A stretch of 64,000 nt of DNA. Source: Eubacteriales bacterium (GTDB lineage: Bacteria > Bacillota > Clostridia > Oscillospirales > CAG-272). Positions 59,051-64,000 of the stretch are shown here, one piece after another. Made by a program: the position numbers and the translations under genes. The notes under the pieces are model-generated. The model was given only the letters and a program-made list of their open reading frames with translations, was not told the origin of the DNA and did no database searches. Position 1 is the first letter of the stretch; every line of letters starts with the position of its first letter. The stretch spans positions 64,067-128,066 of the forward strand of contig JAZPZY010000065.1 of assembly GCA_045544955.1 (NCBI GenBank), read 5' to 3'.

Positions 59051-60610
59051 TCAGTCGGTAAGCATCGGCTGCGGATCGGGTGTCACTGGTGGGAAATCAA
59101 CAAGTGGCAAACAAAAACAGACTACCAAATGGTAGTCTGTTTTGTTTGGCTCCCCCGTGTAGTTCATATCCGAAATTATGTCTGACTCTTCAAGCTCGGC
59201 AAAGGTAACTGTTTTTGTCCCATTTTTGTAATTGAATGTAATCACCAATTTGTCATCATAGAGGAAAATCGCATTGACAAAGGCATCTATAAATTTTCTT
59301 CTGTGCTCAAATATGTTTGTATCAAAGGTTCGGAACTTGTGGAACCAAAACACAATAATTTCTCTTGAAACCATCGGCTTACCAATCTCCTCTTTGGCGA
59401 TTTGGATCTGCAGCTCGCTTTTTCGTGACTCAAGCTCCGCCATCTTATTCCTGGTGGACTCGCCGCAGATACCCATCATAATCGCATTAAGAAGATTCTC
59501 GATTCCCTTTTCAACCTCGGCAAGCTGGTTTTGGAGAACAGGAACAACTGTGTTTTCCGCTTCCTGCAATTTCATCACATCGTCGGCAAGCTGCTCAATC
59601 AGCGCGTCATCGTATACGATTTTCTTGATTTCAGCTATTACCAAATCCTCGATCCACGTTTTTCTCACCGTTTTCTTATCGCAGCCGAGCTTACGTTTTA
59701 CACCCGAGCATTTGTAATAGCGATAGACTGTATCATCACGGCGTTTTCCACTTTCACCTGCCATCATTCGTTGACATTTACCGCAGAACAACTTTGTAGA
59801 AAGCAGATATTCTTCCTCCGCTTTGTGCCGTGCCGGAGCCTTCTTGTTGGATTCCATTCGTCTCTGCACAGCATCAAACAGTTCTTCCGGAACGATGGCT
59901 GGAATCCCGTTTGGAATTACCGTATCACGGAAACGGTACTCGCCAAGATATCTCCTGTTTCGCAGAATGTTTGACACAACATTTTCTGAGATCACCGCAC
60001 CTTTGCGGTTACGAATCCCTCTCGCTTGCAGATCATCCACGATCTCTTTCATCGTGTATCCGTCGATATACTTTTGGAAGATTTCGACTATGATCGGTGC
60101 ATACAACGGATCTATTTGAAAATGTTTGTCTTGATCGGTTACATATCCAAGAGGAATACTGCCGTTTGATTTACAGGCAAGCGCATTATCGGTCATGCCG
60201 CGGATTGTCTTTTCTGCAAGTTCTGCGGAATAATATTCGGCAACACCTTCAAGCAGAGATTCAAGGAGTATGCCGTCAGGTCCATCAGAAATCGCTTCGG
60301 TTGCGGATACGACTTTCACGCCGTTCTTACGCAAGGCCCGTTTATAAAAGGCGGAGTCATAGCGGTCACGGGCGAATCTGTCAAGCTTCCACACAATGAC
60401 CACATCAAAGGATTTACCGGCGCTGTCCTTGATCATTTTCTGAAAGTCGGGACGGTTATCCGTCTTCGCCGAAAATGCACGGTCTATGTATGTGCCCACG
60501 ATCTCAATGCCGTTTTTATCGGCAAACGCTGTGTTTTCACGAATTTGTCCTTCGATTGACTCCTCGCGCTGGTTGTCCGAGGAATATCGCGCGTAGATTA
60601 CGCCTTTCAT
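59051..60610 (-). CDS. Large serine recombinase (integrase)
   Basis: A resolvase catalytic domain (GVIYARYSSDNQREESIEGQ, VIVWKLDRFARD), a recombinase domain and a zinc ribbon (FCGKCQRMMAGESGKRRDDTVYRYYKCSG), and a coiled-coil. The last ~30 codons run through the hairpin into G+C-rich DNA. Confidence 0.9.
   Translation of the reverse strand: MKGVIYARYSSDNQREESIEGQIRENTAFADKNGIEIVGTYIDRAFSAKTDNRPDFQKMIKDSAGKSFDVVIVWKLDRFARDRYDSAFYKRALRKNGVKVVSATEAISDGPDGILLESLLEGVAEYYSAELAEKTIRGMTDNALACKSNGSIPLGYVTDQDKHFQIDPLYAPIIVEIFQKYIDGYTMKEIVDDLQARGIRNRKGAVISENVVSNILRNRRYLGEYRFRDTVIPNGIPAIVPEELFDAVQRRMESNKKAPARHKAEEEYLLSTKLFCGKCQRMMAGESGKRRDDTVYRYYKCSGVKRKLGCDKKTVRKTWIEDLVIAEIKKIVYDDALIEQLADDVMKLQEAENTVVPVLQNQLAEVEKGIENLLNAIMMGICGESTRNKMAELESRKSELQIQIAKEEIGKPMVSREIIVFWFHKFRTFDTNIFEHRRKFIDAFVNAIFLYDDKLVITFNYKNGTKTVTFAELEESDIISDMNYTGEPNKTDYHLVVCFCLPLVDFPPVTPDPQPMLTD
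59115..59142. terminator. Palindromic hairpin inside the 3' end of the recombinase ORF
   Basis: AAACAGACTACC-aaat-GGTAGTCTGTTT, with T-runs on both strands. Confidence 0.55.
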
Positions 60611-60631
60611 CTGCTCCCTCCTCTTCAGTTA

Positions 60632-62089
60632 TTAGTCAAACATTGTTTGCTGATTGAACAGAGTCCCGTTCATTTTAATAATCTTTGCATTTGGCAGAGC
60701 ATCTTCATACTTGTATATTGATGCAACAATCAATTGATGATCTAAAAAATCCCGTTGTAGGATTCTTAGCATAATGTCAATCGTATCTTTCTCTACTTCA
60801 CGTCCACTCGGTGAATCGCAAAAAATTGGCAATGCATACCCAATTTTATCACTTAGCAATTTAATAAAAGCCAATTTGTAAGCGAAAACCATCTTATGCA
60901 ACACGGCACCCGATTTCCCCTTTAAATTATGAGTGAAAATATCTATTTTGTAATCAAACGGAAGATTCAATTCTTGAGTGTATTTACAAATAATTTCATA
61001 GGCTTGAAGAATCCACGGATTATCGTTTTTTGTTCTCGTTTTCAATATTTTAGTCAAATCAGATTTCTCTTTTTTTAATTGCTTTAATATTGACTCGACC
61101 TCAACAGCACTAATCCCTTGAATATTTGCTAATCTTTTAGTTAATTCTTCATCAAGCGTTGGCAAACTAAAAAGTGTCATCTGCTTTTGTTGTTGAGAAG
61201 TAAGATCTGCGAGTTGTTTCTTTATCGAATTACGTTGAGCAACAAGCATGCTTCTACGAGCATGATTTATTTCTGTTACATCTTGATAATCCAACAGGGT
61301 TTCACTATTGACTGGTATCGGACTATCATCTATAGGATTTCTTACAAATATTTTTCTGCATTCTATGTAATCGGAAAAACTCTTATTTGACTTGATAATA
61401 TCATTGACACGAGCTAATTCGGCTTCTACCTCTTTCAAAAGAAATTCCTTTTCGCCAATTTTAGCGGCCAGCTCTTGATCAAACGTCTGATAATCAATGA
61501 CCACATCGTCCGATTGATTAATAGCTGCTTGATATTCAGCGATATTAGACATCAAGTTGTACTGCGCAATTTTTTTATCTAAAGCAGCTATTTTAGCGAC
61601 GATTTCATAACTTTCATCACTCTCGTCGTTTTTTAAGCCTCTAAAAAAGCTCTCAATGGAAAAACGATTAGTACCAATGATCGTTCCTCGATTGAGCAAC
61701 GTCCATCCTTTCTCTTGGTCAAAATAAATCGTTCCAAGCAGATTGTATAAAACTTCGGCATTAGTTATTCCAAACAAAAACGTATGTGCTGCTGATTGCT
61801 CAATAGGCAGATCAAATTCTGTTTCGTTAATTTTTAGCAATTGGTCTTTACGCATCAAAACATATTTTTTATCTTGATGCATTAATTCAAGGACGAACTC
61901 ATAATTCTCAAATTTCACCAATTCAGTGTTGGGAATTGAAAACCCAAGCGTGTATAAAACAGCTCGCATGAGAGTGGTTTTACCGGTTGAGTTTTCTTTG
62001 CTGTAAAAAACACAGACATCGCTATTAAGGTCAACAGTTTTCCAGATGTGACTACGATATTCTCTGATCTTAAATTCTAACAAATTCAC
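60632..62089 (-). CDS. Coiled-coil SMC/ABC-type ATPase (LmuB/DUF3732-like), 485 aa
   Basis: Walker A VCVFYSKENSTGKTTLMRAVLYTLG, a heptad-rich charged insertion of about 170 aa, then LPIFCDSPSGREVE (Walker B/D-loop-like). Very AT-rich. Confidence 0.6.
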   Translation of the reverse strand: MNLLEFKIREYRSHIWKTVDLNSDVCVFYSKENSTGKTTLMRAVLYTLGFSIPNTELVKFENYEFVLELMHQDKKYVLMRKDQLLKINETEFDLPIEQSAAHTFLFGITNAEVLYNLLGTIYFDQEKGWTLLNRGTIIGTNRFSIESFFRGLKNDESDESYEIVAKIAALDKKIAQYNLMSNIAEYQAAINQSDDVVIDYQTFDQELAAKIGEKEFLLKEVEAELARVNDIIKSNKSFSDYIECRKIFVRNPIDDSPIPVNSETLLDYQDVTEINHARRSMLVAQRNSIKKQLADLTSQQQKQMTLFSLPTLDEELTKRLANIQGISAVEVESILKQLKKEKSDLTKILKTRTKNDNPWILQAYEIICKYTQELNLPFDYKIDIFTHNLKGKSGAVLHKMVFAYKLAFIKLLSDKIGYALPIFCDSPSGREVEKDTIDIMLRILQRDFLDHQLIVASIYKYEDALPNAKIIKMNGTLFNQQTMFD

Positions 62090-63096
62090 AGTTTCGCAGC
62101 CTCCTTAATTTGTTTGATTTTTATACGTCGTGTAATTACAGTCAATAGAAGCAACTTTATCACGGCCTCTCGTTTACACAGATCGGTTATCGTTTCAAAG
62201 TCCTGCTCATATTGCTTCCATTCAGATTTTACATATTCATATTTATAGTTGTTTTGATCTGAAACAAAATTGCGCTTCTGCAAAAAATCCCCTGTTATTT
62301 TTGATGAATATGGATAATCACAAACACGCCTGTCAATGATATTTCGATATTCTTGAACCAATCCCTCGTAATCATCATAGTCACACACTTTATTGAATTC
62401 GTTTTCATCTAAAGGTGGATCAATGACAAGAATAATTACGGGAAGTATGATCTCATTTTTGCTCAGAGTTAATTCTTTTTGCTCTTTGGGTTTGTCAGAA
62501 CAGTTAACCATAAAAGTCTCAAACCAACTATCCAACAGCCGTTTGCTGTATGAAGGATCACCTATAGCATCACGTAAGAATTCTGCTATTTTTGCTTTTA
62601 CATTAGCGAATTTATTATCTCCTTCTCCGAAAAAGTTCAGTATATGTATCTGAAGCTTTTCAGTTGGGAAGTCTGGAGATACTTTGGATTTTATTTTCTC
62701 TTGGTCTTCAATTGAAAGTGTTGAAAAATCATATACATGTTCGTATTGAAAAGCCGAAGCTATTTTACTTGAAAGTGGATTTGCAATGTTTGTAATATAA
62801 ATCAGTTTTATTGCATCGCCATTTTTATTATCAGAATCTAACAATGTTAGGGCGGCATTTAAATTCGTAGAGGCGGTGCTTTGATTTCCAATCTGCGTTA
62901 CGGATTTGGCTTGAGCATAAATTTTTCCAGTAGGGAGCGTAAACTCAATGTCATCGCTTTTGCCCTCCATTTTCATAGATGTGAATTCTTTCACATTATC
63001 AAGCATTAACGTAATTCCTGCACCGACCTGGAACACCCAACCATATGCGGATGCGGATGCATTTGTATCTACTTCTTTTCCATCGATGATAGACAT
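62086..63096 (-). CDS. Putative PD-(D/E)xK nuclease-domain effector (Cap4/DUF4297-like N-terminus), 336 aa
   Basis: SAYGWVFQVGAGITLML ... MKMEGKSDDIEFTLPTGKIYAQAKSV fits an E..D(D/E)...QxK nuclease core. The C-terminal ~230 aa are unassigned. It overlaps the ATPase gene by 4 nt. Confidence 0.5.
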   Translation of the reverse strand: MSIIDGKEVDTNASASAYGWVFQVGAGITLMLDNVKEFTSMKMEGKSDDIEFTLPTGKIYAQAKSVTQIGNQSTASTNLNAALTLLDSDNKNGDAIKLIYITNIANPLSSKIASAFQYEHVYDFSTLSIEDQEKIKSKVSPDFPTEKLQIHILNFFGEGDNKFANVKAKIAEFLRDAIGDPSYSKRLLDSWFETFMVNCSDKPKEQKELTLSKNEIILPVIILVIDPPLDENEFNKVCDYDDYEGLVQEYRNIIDRRVCDYPYSSKITGDFLQKRNFVSDQNNYKYEYVKSEWKQYEQDFETITDLCKREAVIKLLLLTVITRRIKIKQIKEAAKL

Positions 63097-63119
63097 AGTG
63101 CCTCCTAAAATAGTATTAC

Positions 63120-63833
63120 TTATTCTTCCACAACACCAATCACTCTACCGCAACAGTAAACGCTGTCGTTCTCATCAAGTCGGATCGGCTTATACTTCTC
63201 ATTATGTGAAATCAAACACTTGTCGCCAAGCTCCTTGATATAAGCATCACCGTTGACAACGAAGATGCCAACCTCACCGACATCGATGGAGTCGCACTTT
63301 TCCACAAACACTCTGTCGCCGCCGTGATAGGTAGGCTCCATACTGTCGCCCGCAATCGGTATAACATAATCGGCAGCTTCTGCCGCAGCGGATTCCTCCA
63401 CCAATATCTGTTCCGGTGTTTCCGTTTCAAGAAAGTTGCCCGTTCCTGCGGATGCCGGATAATTGAAGAAATCAATCTTCAGCATACGAGCCTTGGGCTT
63501 TCGAGAAGCAGCAGTCACACGCTTGTATTCGCTGTTAATAAGATAATCCACAACCTCTTTACCGTGTTCATCAAGAGCACGGTATTTTTGTATCGTGCTC
63601 CATTCTGCGGCGGTGGGATGCTGTGTCATAGATTTGCATCCGATCAACTCATCGGCAGATACACCGAGCAGATCGCAAAGACGAGCGAGCTTGTCACAAT
63701 CAGGGCGACCGATGCCTTTCTCCCAGTTATATATAACTCTGCCCGAACTCTCACCGAGCGCGTCGGCAATGTCCTGCTGTGTCATTCCTTTTTGTAAGCG
63801 ATACTCTTTGATTCGCGCACCGATCGTACTCAT
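63120..63833 (-). CDS. cI/LexA-type repressor (XRE HTH plus S24 peptidase domain)
   Basis: HTH MTQQDIADALGESSGRVIYNWEKGIGRPD. S24 Ser/Lys dyad in IPIAGDSMEPTYHGGDRVFV and GDAYIKEL. Confidence 0.9.
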   Translation of the reverse strand: MSTIGARIKEYRLQKGMTQQDIADALGESSGRVIYNWEKGIGRPDCDKLARLCDLLGVSADELIGCKSMTQHPTAAEWSTIQKYRALDEHGKEVVDYLINSEYKRVTAASRKPKARMLKIDFFNYPASAGTGNFLETETPEQILVEESAAAEAADYVIPIAGDSMEPTYHGGDRVFVEKCDSIDVGEVGIFVVNGDAYIKELGDKCLISHNEKYKPIRLDENDSVYCCGRVIGVVEE

Positions 63834-63866
63834 GCGGATATACCTCCGATTTTGTATTGCACGTCT

Positions 63867-63895
63867 ATTTTATCATATAAAGTTGTATTTGTCAA
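63867..63895 (-). promoter_or_regulatory. Repressor-side promoter
   Basis: On the minus strand: TTGACA (63895..63890), 17 nt, TAAAAT (63872..63867). Confidence 0.6.
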
Positions 63896-63926
63896 GCGAA
63901 TACTCCAAAATGATTATAGAAAACTA

Positions 63927-63955
63927 TTGACATTCCAAGAATATTATAGTATAAT
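63927..63955 (+). promoter_or_regulatory. Rightward (early/lytic-side) consensus promoter
   Basis: TTGACA (63927..63932), 17 nt, TATAAT (63950..63955). The palindrome ATATTATA-G-TATAATAT (63941..63957) overlaps it. Confidence 0.65.
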
Positions 63956-64000
63956 ATCAAATACACAACGAAATACGAGTGCCCCGTATCAAACATCAAA

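Larger units (their letters stand above)
59051..64000. mobile_element. Left arm of an integrated temperate phage or integrative element (continues beyond the window)
   Basis: The arm carries a terminal large serine recombinase, AT-rich cargo genes, a cI/LexA-type repressor and divergent switch promoters. Composition drops relative to the chromosome. The right boundary is not in the window. Confidence 0.7.

Overview
This 64-kb window is a densely coding chromosomal segment from a high-G+C, Clostridia-like organism. Single 60-nt lines I counted in core genes are about 60% G+C. It contains several compositionally distinct accessory patches.

**Left third**
- An M23 peptidase.
- The activated-methyl-cycle genes luxS-mtnN plus a HAD hydrolase.
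- An AraC / PnuC-like / beta-propeller operon.
- A complete F1Fo ATP synthase operon in the order AtpZ-like, atpI, B, E, F, H, A, G, D, C. The c subunit carries a Na+-type two-carboxylate motif and epsilon is a short form.
- A DUF1273/SLOG protein, an Sfp-type PPTase, and smpB plus tmRNA.

**Middle**
- A ROK-regulated oxidoreductase / TIM-barrel / LmbE sugar cluster.
- A small island of vWA, RelA/SpoT-type HD hydrolase and macro-domain genes, with a repeated intergenic RNA-like element.
- vanZ, xpt and an FAD protein.
- A surface protein of about 3,190 aa with N-terminal SLH domains, built from Listeria-Bacteroides-type and MucBP-like repeats. LytTR-type direct repeats precede it. An S8 lipoprotein protease and an orphan AgrC/AgrA-like two-component system follow it.
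- A patchwork of gene fragments: glycyl-radical enzyme, MDR dehydrogenase, SGNH/SASA esterase and solute-binding protein.
- A GUS-like GH2 locus whose GPH transporter is frameshifted.
- A TetR-controlled operon.

**Right end (from about 56.9 kb, AT-richer)**
- An ECF-like sigma-factor cassette flanked by 35-nt hairpin direct repeats.
- A relic resembling a tRNA 3' end.
- The left arm of an integrated temperate element, running from a large serine recombinase to a cI/LexA-type repressor with a back-to-back consensus promoter switch.

**Best candidate for a novel system:** the very AT-rich two-gene module between the recombinase and the repressor. It pairs a Cap4/DUF4297-like PD-(D/E)xK nuclease with a compact coiled-coil SMC/ABC ATPase. 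It is Lamassu-like but atypically small, and no third gene is present.

I found no rRNA, no complete tRNA and no CRISPR array. All family calls rest on motif recognition by eye; no database search or folding program was available.
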